Positions 39,336-48,872 of a stretch of 64,000 bases of DNA are shown here, piece after piece. The stretch is taken from positions 2,101 through 66,100 of the forward strand of contig CANFUE010000010.1 in the NCBI GenBank assembly GCA_947450115.1, in the 5' to 3' direction. The translations under genes were made by a program, and so were the position numbers. Positions within the stretch are counted from its first letter, which is position 1. The number at the start of each line of letters is the position of its first letter. This stretch comes from Acidimicrobiaceae bacterium. GTDB taxonomy: Bacteria > Actinomycetota > Acidimicrobiia > Acidimicrobiales > Ilumatobacteraceae. A model generated the notes under the pieces. The model was given only the letters and a program-made list of their open reading frames with translations. It did not search any database and was not told where the DNA came from.

Positions 39336-40406
39336 ATGTTCGTACGCCCCCGCGCCCGACTGATCGCTTTGGTGGTCGTACTCAGCAGTTTTGCTGGGCC
39401 TACGTTGTGGGCCTCCGCCCCTGCGTCGGCTTCCTCAGGAAATATCCAAAGTCAGGTCAATTCCATTTTGGATCAACTCGACCAGCTCGAGGTGCAAATG
39501 GATGCCATTTCGGAAGATTATGCAGCGGCGTTATCGAAACAAGATGACCTTGCTGCAGAAATTGAAACCTCGAAGGCAAACATTGCATTGAAGGAAGCCG
39601 AGTTAGCCGGAATGCGCAAAGACCTCTTTGGTGTCGCCAAGCAGGCGTACATGAGCGGTGGTCGTACCAATAGCTTGACTTCTCTCCTCACCGACACAGG
39701 CGGGCTCAACTCCATGGTGCAACGTGAGCATTACTTGTCTGTTGCAGTGAATGCTGGAGCGAATTCAAGTGATGCGCTTGATGCGCTCGTTGAAGACCTC
39801 AACTTGGAACGAAAAAATTTGGAAAAGAAAAAAGCGGAAGCGGGTAAGCAAGCCCAGGTCGCAACGAGTCGTTTTAACGAGGCAGAGAAACTTGCAAATG
39901 CTTATCAATCAAAACTGGGTCGAGCTCAAGCCGACCTTGGGGAAGCGTTGCAGGCCGAGCGCAATCGCCGAGATGCGGTCGCGTTAGAGCAGTCGCGCGC
40001 TATTTCAGCGAAGTATCAATCGCAGGCAGCAAATTACAAAGTGAAGTCGCCTTCTTCGCGAGCAGGAATCGCTGTGCAAGCAGCGCTTGCGCAAATTGGA
40101 ACGCCTTATCAATTTGCACGTAGCACGCCTGGCGTTGCATTCGATTGTTCGGGTCTTACTTTGTACGCCTGGGGTCAAGCTGGAGTGAGTCTGCCGCATT
40201 ATTCACGTGCGCAATTTCAGCTCGGCCCGAAGATTCCTATTTCGGCTGCTCAACCTGGAGACCTCATTTTTAGCCGTACGCCCATAGGCCACGTCGCTAT
40301 ATATATCGGTGGTGGTCGGATGGTGCATGCTCCTCGTCGTGGTGATGTTGTGCGCATTGCTCCCGTTGACTGGGGTCGGGTCGTTGGAGTCACGCGTCCG
40401 GGCTAA
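39336..40406 (+). CDS. NlpC/P60 (C40) peptidoglycan endopeptidase with N-terminal coiled-coil, RipA-like
   Basis: Signal peptide, about 200 aa of heptad-like Ala/Glu/Lys/Gln-rich region, then the catalytic FDCSGLTLYAW...GHVAIYIGGGRMVHAP. Confidence 0.88.
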   Translation: MFVRPRARLIALVVVLSSFAGPTLWASAPASASSGNIQSQVNSILDQLDQLEVQMDAISEDYAAALSKQDDLAAEIETSKANIALKEAELAGMRKDLFGVAKQAYMSGGRTNSLTSLLTDTGGLNSMVQREHYLSVAVNAGANSSDALDALVEDLNLERKNLEKKKAEAGKQAQVATSRFNEAEKLANAYQSKLGRAQADLGEALQAERNRRDAVALEQSRAISAKYQSQAANYKVKSPSSRAGIAVQAALAQIGTPYQFARSTPGVAFDCSGLTLYAWGQAGVSLPHYSRAQFQLGPKIPISAAQPGDLIFSRTPIGHVAIYIGGGRMVHAPRRGDVVRIAPVDWGRVVGVTRPG

Positions 40407-40442
40407 GTCGTCGTGCACTGCACTAATCTGTAGTGATGCAAG

Positions 40443-41468
40443 TTGGCCATCATGATTGAGATCGATCGAGTTTCACAGTGGTTAGAAACCCATATTGAAG
40501 GTCTGCGCGGCCCATTTGAGTTCAACATGATTGCTGGTGGCCGCTCCAACATTACGTATCGCGTTGTTGATTCTGCGGGCAAACACGTGGTGTTGCGTCG
40601 ACCACCCACTGGTCATGTTTTAGCCACAGCGCACGATATGGAGCGTGAGCATCGCATCATTTCCGCTGTAGGCAAAACTGCTGTGCCTGTACCCAAAACA
40701 CTTGGCGTGTGTACCGATTTAGAAGTCAATGGGTCACCGTTCTATGTCATGAGTTACGTAGAAGGTGAGGTGCTCGATTCACAGACAAAAGCACGTGTCA
40801 TGACACCTGAGTTGCGTCGTATCGCGAGTGAGAATCTCATCAATGTGCTGGTGGCTTTACATGGCGTCGATATCGATGCAGTAGGACTCGGCGATCTTGC
40901 CCGGCGAGATGGGTATATCGAAAGACAAATTAAGCGTTGGAGCGCGCAGTGGGAAAATTCTAAACAGCGTGAACTTCCTGAAATGGAAGAAGTAGAACGA
41001 TTGCTGCGTCAAGGTATGCCTCAACAACGAGGCGCAACAATTGCCCACGGCGATTATCGATTTGGTAACTGCCTCACCAACACCGCAACGGGTGAAATCA
41101 GAGGAGTACTTGACTGGGAGTTGTGCACTTTGGGAGACCCGCTCGCCGACATTGGTTATTTGGGTGTGTATTGGAGTGACCCTGGTGCAGATGCACGAAA
41201 GGAAAATGATCCTTCTGGCTTAGAAGGTTTCCCCACGTATAAAGAAATGGTGGCAATGTACGGGCAAAAGTCTGGGCGCGATGTAAGCAACATCGGCTAT
41301 TACGTTGCATTTTCTTCGTGGCGACTCGCAGTCATTTCCGAAGGGGTGTACGCGCGCTATGTGCACGGAGCAATGGGAAAGTCTGACTACGACCCAGCAC
41401 CGCTGCAGCGTTCTGTTGAAGTAATGGTGGAGTCGGCACTAGTTGCATTACAAGGGGGAATTCAGTGA
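40443..41468 (+). CDS. Phosphotransferase (APH/ACAD10-type kinase) family protein
   Basis: 341 aa with catalytic-loop HGDYRFGN and LDWE motifs. Confidence 0.8.
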   Translation: MAIMIEIDRVSQWLETHIEGLRGPFEFNMIAGGRSNITYRVVDSAGKHVVLRRPPTGHVLATAHDMEREHRIISAVGKTAVPVPKTLGVCTDLEVNGSPFYVMSYVEGEVLDSQTKARVMTPELRRIASENLINVLVALHGVDIDAVGLGDLARRDGYIERQIKRWSAQWENSKQRELPEMEEVERLLRQGMPQQRGATIAHGDYRFGNCLTNTATGEIRGVLDWELCTLGDPLADIGYLGVYWSDPGADARKENDPSGLEGFPTYKEMVAMYGQKSGRDVSNIGYYVAFSSWRLAVISEGVYARYVHGAMGKSDYDPAPLQRSVEVMVESALVALQGGIQ

Positions 41469-42232
41469 GTAAAGGACATTCTCAGGAACTCATTGGATGG
41501 GAACGTAGCTCGTTTTCATCAGCCAATATCACGCATGCGACGTATCGCAAGGGGAGTGGACCAGGCGTAGTAGTGGTGCATGAGATTCCTGGCATTACAC
41601 CCGCTGTCTTGCGGTTTGCCGAAGAAGTAGTGCAAGCAGGTTTCACGGTAGTGATGCCGCTGCTTGTGGGTGAAGCGGGCCGTGAGGTGAGTGGCAGATA
41701 CATCGCATCGTCAATGTCGAAAATTTGTGTGTCGCAAGAATTCACCGCTCTTGCTGTTCAGCAAACATCACCTGTGATTTCATGGTTGCGTGCGCTAGCG
41801 CGACAACTGCATGAAGAAGTGGGTGGGCCTGGCATTGGAGCCATAGGTATGTGCTTTAGCGGCGGATTTGCATTGGGGATGATGCTTGATGAGCGCATGA
41901 TTGCCCCTGTGCTTTCACAGCCGTCGCTTCCATTTGCTATCGGTAAAAAGAAATCGAGCGATCTCAACTTGTCTGCAGATGATGCAGTGGTTATTGCAAA
42001 TCGAGCAGCTGCAGGCTGTCAAGTATTGGGTCTCAAATTTAGTGACGACAAGCTAGTAGGAGACAGGTTTTCTGCACTGCGCAACTTGCTCGGTGATGCG
42101 TTCATTGGCATTGAGTTTCCCTCTGCATCAAAGAAAGATCATTCTGTTCTTACAGAGCAGCGAGTTGATGAAGGCGTGGAACGCGTGATTGCCTTTTTAC
42201 AAGAAAAACTTCTTACGAAAGCCCAGCAATAG
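41465..42232 (+). CDS. Dienelactone hydrolase family protein
   Basis: 255 aa, alpha/beta hydrolase, with nucleophile elbow GMCFSGG (Cys type). ATGA-type overlap with the upstream gene. Confidence 0.72.
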   Translation: MSKGHSQELIGWERSSFSSANITHATYRKGSGPGVVVVHEIPGITPAVLRFAEEVVQAGFTVVMPLLVGEAGREVSGRYIASSMSKICVSQEFTALAVQQTSPVISWLRALARQLHEEVGGPGIGAIGMCFSGGFALGMMLDERMIAPVLSQPSLPFAIGKKKSSDLNLSADDAVVIANRAAAGCQVLGLKFSDDKLVGDRFSALRNLLGDAFIGIEFPSASKKDHSVLTEQRVDEGVERVIAFLQEKLLTKAQQ

Positions 42233-43838
42233 CCATATCACGAGCTGTTTTATAATCGGCCTTGCCATTTGGTGCCCGTGGAATTTGGGCCACAAACACC
42301 ACGCGCTTCGGAGCTTTGTAGCCCGCTAGTTGAGTTTTCACGTTTGCAATGATGACGGCTTCTTCAACCTTGGCCCCTGGTGAGAGTGAAGCGACGGCAG
42401 TGACTGCCTGACCAAATTTTTCATCGTCAATGCCAACAACAAGACAATCGAGAACGCCCTCAACCCGCTTGACAGCTTCTTCTACCTCTTCGGGGAAGAT
42501 TTTTTCACCAGCAGAGTTGATGACCTGGCTTCCGCGGCCAAGAAGTGTGAGAGAACCATCGGCTTCTACTGTTGCCATGTCGCCAGGGAATGAATAGCGC
42601 ACACCATTGATGGTGCGAAATGTTTTGCTCGATTTCTCGGGGTCTTTGTAATAGCCAAAAGGTACAGCGCCACCGGCAGCCACCTTGCCAATTTCACCAG
42701 AGCCAGGTTGTACTTCGCGGTCGTCTTCGGTGAAAACCTTTGTAGTGGGGGCTACAGCAAATTTTGCCGTTTGAGGAGGGAGCCCCTTCATGCTGATGGA
42801 AGTGCCCATTGAGCCTTCACTTGAACCCATGGCATCGAGAAGTACGACGTGTTCGATGCGCTCAAGGAGCGCTTCTTTCACTTCCGAAGTCCACATCACT
42901 CCAGATGAAGCAATCATTTTTAAACTGCTCGCGTCGTAAGAGGTGCCTTTGGCGGTGGCTTCGTCGAGCGCACGAATCATGGGTTTCACAAATGAGTCAC
43001 CAACAACAACGGCAAGCGTTGCCTTTTTATCTTGTATCACCTGAAACAATTCATGGGCATCAAAACTGCGCTTTTGCAGAGTAATAACATGAGCACCACC
43101 TGATTGCGGCATCATTGCGCCAATCCACATTCCGGTGCCATGCATGATGGGGCAACCAGGAATGGTGATGGGCCGAATGCCATTGGCATGTGCGTCGCGC
43201 ACGGTTATACCGAGTTGTGAAATATCTGATGGCGGGGTCATGCCGACAAATGCCAATCCACCATTCACAAAACCTTCGGCCAACGAACCCATTTGGTACA
43301 TCACGCCTTTCGGCATGCCGGTGGTGCCGCCTGTGTACAGCATGTAGATGTCGTCTTCATCACGGGTAATACGTGGCATGGGGTCGTAGTCGGCAAGCAG
43401 AGTGTTGTACGGAACTGCAGTGACCACATGGTGTTCACCGTCGTCACTCACTTCAACAAGCAATTTTAATTTGGGAAGTCGGTCAACGACGCGAGCAACG
43501 CGGTCGCCGAGTGAAGAGTGAAAGAAGAGTGCTTCTGCATCACTGTTGTCGAGGAGATAGAGCAACTCTTCGTCGAGATAGCGGTAGTTCACATTGACAG
43601 GCACGCCGCGAAATTTGAAGGTGGCAAATTGTGCCTCTAAGTATTCATTCGAGTTATAGAGGTAGAGGCCCACTTTGCTTTGTGGCTGAAGCCCAGCGTC
43701 TACTAGTGCACTTGCGAGTCGTGCAGCGCGTTGCTCGTATTCGCTCCATGTGCGCGTCACTGTTCCTTGGGTGACGGCAGGAGAGTCGCCAATAGAGTCG
43801 GCAATGGATTCCCAAATAGTTGCAAACTGTTTTTCCAT
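42213..43838 (-). CDS. Acyl-CoA synthetase (AMP-forming, FadD-like)
   Basis: 541 aa with AMP-binding motif YTGGTTGMPKGV and C-terminal PRAPNGKADY. Confidence 0.88.
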   Translation of the reverse strand: MEKQFATIWESIADSIGDSPAVTQGTVTRTWSEYEQRAARLASALVDAGLQPQSKVGLYLYNSNEYLEAQFATFKFRGVPVNVNYRYLDEELLYLLDNSDAEALFFHSSLGDRVARVVDRLPKLKLLVEVSDDGEHHVVTAVPYNTLLADYDPMPRITRDEDDIYMLYTGGTTGMPKGVMYQMGSLAEGFVNGGLAFVGMTPPSDISQLGITVRDAHANGIRPITIPGCPIMHGTGMWIGAMMPQSGGAHVITLQKRSFDAHELFQVIQDKKATLAVVVGDSFVKPMIRALDEATAKGTSYDASSLKMIASSGVMWTSEVKEALLERIEHVVLLDAMGSSEGSMGTSISMKGLPPQTAKFAVAPTTKVFTEDDREVQPGSGEIGKVAAGGAVPFGYYKDPEKSSKTFRTINGVRYSFPGDMATVEADGSLTLLGRGSQVINSAGEKIFPEEVEEAVKRVEGVLDCLVVGIDDEKFGQAVTAVASLSPGAKVEEAVIIANVKTQLAGYKAPKRVVFVAQIPRAPNGKADYKTARDMAIAGLS

Positions 43839-43847
43839 ATGTGGAAT

Positions 43848-44597
43848 CTAGTTGACTTTTGTCACAACCTTAAATTGCGGGTGCGAAAAACTTGCGATGC
43901 GATCAAGAATCTGGTCTGTGCTGTGGAGATTTTTTGTTGTAGAAAATAAATGACGTACAAGCAGTCCTTTGGCGGCTTTTGCATCGTGGCCGCCGGCTTT
44001 TCCGTTCGATTTTGTAACAAGGTCAACGGAAATATAACCCTGTAGTTGCACCTGGCTGGGAAGAAAGATTCCGCGGTGATCTTGCGGCAACACATCAACA
44101 ACAATGTGGCCAGCACAAAAGTTGTTGATGGCCGTTGACACGGGCTCTCGCCACAGCTTCGACAGTGTTTGCACAGCAGTATTTTCAACAGCAAGCCGGG
44201 CGCTCATTTTTAATTTGTAGTCGGGGGTGGGGTCGGCGCCCAGCACCGCACCGAGTAGACCGCTCAGTACAACAATGTGGTTGCAGGCGAAGTTCCGCTG
44301 TGCTGCTGTGAGAGTAGGTAGATCAAGATGTCCCCACACCACCCCGGTGTAGCGCTCGCAGGCGGAAAGAGTGGCTGAGCCGGCAAGAGACGAGTTTGCC
44401 GCTTGGGCGCGTTCAAGATGTTTGCCCGATACTCCGAGAAGTGCCGCCGAGCCACCGTCTTGTGCAGCGAGTGTTGCTGCAATTAACCGACGCGTAGGCC
44501 CCAATGCTTTCCCGAATGTTCCCTGCGATGGTGACCATTTCGTGCGGGGAGTGCCACCCTCAGCTTTACCTTCTGACGGCGGGAGAAGTACAAACAT
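43848..44597 (-). CDS. yaaA: YaaA-like peroxide-stress protein (UPF0246/DUF328)
   Basis: Family-typical N-terminus MFVLLPPSEGK at ATG 44597. The ORF-track 44690 start adds 31 unlikely residues. Confidence 0.78.
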   Translation of the reverse strand: MFVLLPPSEGKAEGGTPRTKWSPSQGTFGKALGPTRRLIAATLAAQDGGSAALLGVSGKHLERAQAANSSLAGSATLSACERYTGVVWGHLDLPTLTAAQRNFACNHIVVLSGLLGAVLGADPTPDYKLKMSARLAVENTAVQTLSKLWREPVSTAINNFCAGHIVVDVLPQDHRGIFLPSQVQLQGYISVDLVTKSNGKAGGHDAKAAKGLLVRHLFSTTKNLHSTDQILDRIASFSHPQFKVVTKVN

Positions 44598-44706
44598 GTT
44601 TTTCTGTGGTGGCATAGGCCTTTTTGCTCTCGTTTTTGACACAGAATGCCACTTACCTACCCAGGGGTAATACGATGGAGAAGGTTCCAACGGTAGGAGA
44701 CATGCT

Positions 44707-44904
44707 GTGCAAGTAAAGGTAGATCAATCGAAGTGCCAAGGGCACAACCGATGCTATGCCATCGCCCCCGAGCTTTTTGATGTCGATGACTTGGGGAATG
44801 CTTTTGAAATTGGTGATGGAGTCGTTTCGCCACAACTCGTAGAGAAAGCTCGCCTTGCCGTTGCCAATTGTCCGGAATACGCCATCAGTATCGTTGAAGA
44901 CTAG
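44707..44904 (+). CDS. Small ferredoxin (P450-associated 3Fe-4S/4Fe-4S type)
   Basis: 65 aa with VDQSKCQGHNRC...CP cluster ligands. 11 nt upstream of the P450 gene. Confidence 0.8.
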   Translation: MQVKVDQSKCQGHNRCYAIAPELFDVDDLGNAFEIGDGVVSPQLVEKARLAVANCPEYAISIVED

Positions 44905-44915
44905 AGAGAATTTTT

Positions 44916-46157
44916 ATGACAACACTTGATGAAAAATCCATCTACGGGCCAGTCACCAGTTGGAAAACCGACTTCGATCATGCCGACCCTTCGTACAACG
45001 AAAATGCGCATGAAATTTGGAACGAACTACGTGGCACGTGTCCGGTCGCTCATACCGAGCGTTACGGCGGTACTTGGTTGCCGGTCACTCATGAACTCGT
45101 GCATGAAATCGCCTACGACACCGAGCACTTTTCCAGCCGAGGCGTAGTAGTTGCCACCGTCAAGCCAAGTGATTTACCCGATGCCATTCCTGCACCCATT
45201 GGTGGCGCACCTCCAATTACGTCCGACCCACCGTTCCATCAAGATGCACGTCGCATCATGCTCCCCGCGTTTTCTCCCAAAACCATCGAGCAATGGGAAC
45301 CAGAAATTCGCAAATTATGTCGTGAGCTCATTGCCGACATGAAAAAAGCCGACGTGGTCGATGCTGCAGTGCAATTTGCACAGCACATTCCCGTCAACGT
45401 CATTGCGCGCATGTTGGGCTTCCCGCCAGAAGACGGTGAAATCTTCCGTGGTTTCGTGCACGATGTTCTTGAGTCCATCAACTTGGCCCCTGGGCAACGG
45501 GCAGAAGCATTTATGGCACTCGATGCCTATGTCGCAAAGCAAGTGCAAGATCACATCGATAACCCACGCGACGACCTCACGAATTTTTTGTTGAATGCAA
45601 AAATTTATGATCAGCCACTCAGCCTCCAACATGTCGGTGGAAGCATCATCTTGTTGCTCATCGCTGGTATTGACACAACGTGGAGTGCAATTGGCTCGAG
45701 CTTGTGGCACTTAGCAACGAACCCTGTCGACCGTCGTCGATTGGTCGACAACCCTGCACTCATGCCAACAGCAATTGAAGAGTTTCTTCGCGCATATGCG
45801 CCGGTCACCATGGCTCGCGTGGTGAAAGACGACTACAACTTCCACGGAAATGAAATGAAGCAGAACGACTGGGTGCTTTTGCCATTCCCTGCAGCAAACC
45901 GCGACCCGGAAGAATTTGAAAATGCCGATCAGGTACTCATCGACCGCGAAGTGAATCGCCATGCTGCATTTGGGCTTGGTATTCACCGCTGCTTGGGTTC
46001 AAACTTGGCACGACTCGAACTGCGTGTAGCGGTAGAAGAGTTCATTGCTGCCTTCCCCGATTTCGAACTTGCGCCCGATGAAGTTGTGAAATGGAGCGTT
46101 GGCCAAATTCGCGGTCCGCGTGAATTGCCAGTTCGCATTAACGCCCGTACCCTCTAG
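44916..46157 (+). CDS. Cytochrome P450
   Basis: 413 aa with I-helix AGIDTT, EEFLR (ExxR) and heme loop FGLGIHRCLGSNLA. Confidence 0.92.
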   Translation: MTTLDEKSIYGPVTSWKTDFDHADPSYNENAHEIWNELRGTCPVAHTERYGGTWLPVTHELVHEIAYDTEHFSSRGVVVATVKPSDLPDAIPAPIGGAPPITSDPPFHQDARRIMLPAFSPKTIEQWEPEIRKLCRELIADMKKADVVDAAVQFAQHIPVNVIARMLGFPPEDGEIFRGFVHDVLESINLAPGQRAEAFMALDAYVAKQVQDHIDNPRDDLTNFLLNAKIYDQPLSLQHVGGSIILLLIAGIDTTWSAIGSSLWHLATNPVDRRRLVDNPALMPTAIEEFLRAYAPVTMARVVKDDYNFHGNEMKQNDWVLLPFPAANRDPEEFENADQVLIDREVNRHAAFGLGIHRCLGSNLARLELRVAVEEFIAAFPDFELAPDEVVKWSVGQIRGPRELPVRINARTL

Positions 46158-46159
46158 GA

Positions 46160-48388
46160 GTGCTCGACCTCGATTCTCTCAACCCCGATCAATACGATGC
46201 GGTGGTGCACCGAGGTGGGCCACTCTTGGTGGTTGCCGGAGCTGGTTCAGGTAAAACACGCGTTTTAACTCAACGTATTGCATGGCTCATTGAGGGCGGC
46301 GTGCACCCCATGTGCGTTCTCGCTATTACCTTCACCAACAAAGCTGCTGGTGAAATGCGTGATCGCGTTGAAGCGTTGGTTGGCCCAGTTGCACGTCAAA
46401 TGTGGGTGAGCACGTTTCACGCAGCTTGTGTTCGTATATTGCGCGCCCATGCCGATCTTTTAGGTTTCCCTAAGACTTTTTCAATTTACGATCAGTCAGA
46501 CGCACAGCGTTTGGTGAGCTATGTCATTCGTGACCTTGGCCTCGACGTTAAGCGTTTTCCAGCGCGCGGTGTTCAAGCGCGTATCAGTTTGTGGAAAAAC
46601 GAATTGCTCACACCAGGTAAAGCAAAAGATCGCGCCAGTGGCATGCTCGAATCAAAGCACGCCGATGTTTACATTGAATACCAGTTGCGTTTAGAGCGCG
46701 CCGGGGCAATGGACTTCGACGATTTGCTCATGCGTACCGTGCAGTTGTTTAAGCAACATCCCGACGTGCTCGCGATGTACCAAGAGCGCTTTGAACATAT
46801 TTTGATAGACGAATACCAAGACACCAACATTTCCCAAAATGAAATTGTTCTCATGCTGGGGGCAAAGCATCACAATGTTTGTGTTGTGGGCGATACCGAC
46901 CAATCGGTCTACCGTTTTCGCGGAGCCGATTTTCGCAACATCATGCAATTCGAGGAAGCCTTTCCCGATGTCACCACCGTGGTCTTGGCGCAGAACTATC
47001 GCAGTACACAAAATATTTTGAATGCAGCTAATGCTGTTATTTCCAACAACATTGAGCGCAAGCCGAAGAACCTGTGGAGTGACTCCGGAACAGGTGACCC
47101 CATCGTGCGCTACTATGCCGATGACGAACACGATGAAGCTCGCTGGATAGCACAACAAATTCGTGATGCACATGAAACCGATGCGCGTCAATGGGGCGAA
47201 ATGGCAGTGTTCTATCGTGCAAACGCACAGAGCCGCATTCTTGAAGAGTCACTCATGCGGTTTGGTGTTCCCTACAAAATTATTGGCGGCACTCGCTTCT
47301 ATGAGCGCCGTGAAGTAAAAGATGCACTTGCTTATTTGCGCGCAGCTATAAACGAAGCCGACGAAGTCAATGTGAAGCGCGTGCTCAATGTTCCAAAACG
47401 TGGAATTGGCGACACCAGTGTCGACAAACTCGACACGTATGCCCGCAATCATGGCCAAGGGTTTTCTTTTGCGCTTCACAATGCGGCTGCGGCCTCGGTT
47501 GGTGGCGCGGCATTAAAAGGAATTACCGCATTTCTTGCATCACTCGATGAAGCAGGCAACCATCAAAGTGAAGGCCCGGCAGAAGTATTGCGCTTAGTGC
47601 TGAAGAGCTCGGGCTATATGACGGAATTGGAAAATGAAGACACAGTGGAGTCGGCAGGCCGCTTAGAGAACCTTGCAGAACTCATTGGTTTTGCAGAAGA
47701 GTTTGAATCTGTCGATGACTTCCTTGAACAAGTTGCACTCGTGGCCGATACCGACCAAATAGATGGCGACAACCGCGTCATGCTCATGACGTTGCATGCT
47801 GCAAAAGGCTTGGAGTTTCCTGTGGTCTTTCTTGCAGGATTCGAAGAAGGCGTATTCCCACACAGCCGTAGCCTTGCAGAGCCTGAAGAGATGGAAGAAG
47901 AGCGTCGCCTTGCATATGTAGGCATTACGCGTGCTCGTGAGCTTCTCAACGTTTCACATGCATGGAGCAGAAGCTTGTACGGAAACACTCAGTACAATCC
48001 GCCATCGCGCTTTTTGGAAGAAATTCCCCACGAGCTCTTTCGCATTGAAGGCAATGCAAATGCTCAAAGTTTTTCTAGCGGATCTTCTTCCTTTGGGTCT
48101 GGGGGTTCAAGTCGTCGTGAGCGCACCTATGGCAATTCGTTTTCCGAAGAACACACGAACCGTGTTGTTGACGCGGCCATTGCTGCGGGCCGTACCGCTG
48201 CACCAGTAGTCAATGCCAATGTTTTGTCCGATATCAAGGTGGGCGAAGATGTGATGCATCCAACATTTGGTGAAGGTGTCGTTATCGACATTAAAGGTGC
48301 CGGCGAAAAGGCTGAAGTAACCATTCGCTTTCGCGATAAGGGCACAAAAATACTTGCCCTGGCCTGGGCGCCTTTGAAGCGTCTCTAG
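46160..48388 (+). CDS. pcrA: ATP-dependent DNA helicase PcrA/UvrD
   Basis: 742 aa with Walker A AGAGSGKT, DEYQDT, VGDTDQSVYRFRGA and the rest of the SF1 motif set. Confidence 0.92.
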   Translation: MLDLDSLNPDQYDAVVHRGGPLLVVAGAGSGKTRVLTQRIAWLIEGGVHPMCVLAITFTNKAAGEMRDRVEALVGPVARQMWVSTFHAACVRILRAHADLLGFPKTFSIYDQSDAQRLVSYVIRDLGLDVKRFPARGVQARISLWKNELLTPGKAKDRASGMLESKHADVYIEYQLRLERAGAMDFDDLLMRTVQLFKQHPDVLAMYQERFEHILIDEYQDTNISQNEIVLMLGAKHHNVCVVGDTDQSVYRFRGADFRNIMQFEEAFPDVTTVVLAQNYRSTQNILNAANAVISNNIERKPKNLWSDSGTGDPIVRYYADDEHDEARWIAQQIRDAHETDARQWGEMAVFYRANAQSRILEESLMRFGVPYKIIGGTRFYERREVKDALAYLRAAINEADEVNVKRVLNVPKRGIGDTSVDKLDTYARNHGQGFSFALHNAAAASVGGAALKGITAFLASLDEAGNHQSEGPAEVLRLVLKSSGYMTELENEDTVESAGRLENLAELIGFAEEFESVDDFLEQVALVADTDQIDGDNRVMLMTLHAAKGLEFPVVFLAGFEEGVFPHSRSLAEPEEMEEERRLAYVGITRARELLNVSHAWSRSLYGNTQYNPPSRFLEEIPHELFRIEGNANAQSFSSGSSSFGSGGSSRRERTYGNSFSEEHTNRVVDAAIAAGRTAAPVVNANVLSDIKVGEDVMHPTFGEGVVIDIKGAGEKAEVTIRFRDKGTKILALAWAPLKRL

Positions 48389-48443
48389 GTTTTAGGTCAT
48401 GGTGATGTCTTTCCAACAGGCACTTCAGAAGTAGAGTGAAGAT

Positions 48444-48872
48444 ATGAAGGCAGCACTACTTGTAGAGAGTTTGACGGGAAATACCTGGAAGGCCGCTGAA
48501 ATGATTGGCGCCAATTTGCAACAATCAGGCTGGAGCATCACGGGGTTGTCGCCAGTGCGTAAACCAGATCATGGCTCTATCCAAAATGCCGACATCGTGT
48601 TGGTAGGAACTTGGGTGCACGGCCTATTTGTTGTTGGGCAAGCACCATGGGGTGCAGGAGCATTGGCAAAACTTCCTGCTATGCGCGATAAAAAAGTTGC
48701 CGCGTTTTGTACGTTTGCATTGAACCCTGCAAAAACTCTCGACACCATGACGCGTATTTTGGAATCACGTGGCGCAGAAGTGGTGGGTGGCCTTGCGCTT
48801 CACCGTGGCAAGTTAGGTGAGCACACAGAAATTTTCGCTGATCGCTTAGTGGCGGCGCTCGCTACTTCGTAG
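48444..48872 (+). CDS. Flavodoxin-like fold protein
   Basis: 142 aa. N-terminal LLVESLTGNTWK resembles the flavodoxin phosphate loop (S/T-x-T-G-x-T). Confidence 0.6.
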   Translation: MKAALLVESLTGNTWKAAEMIGANLQQSGWSITGLSPVRKPDHGSIQNADIVLVGTWVHGLFVVGQAPWGAGALAKLPAMRDKKVAAFCTFALNPAKTLDTMTRILESRGAEVVGGLALHRGKLGEHTEIFADRLVAALATS

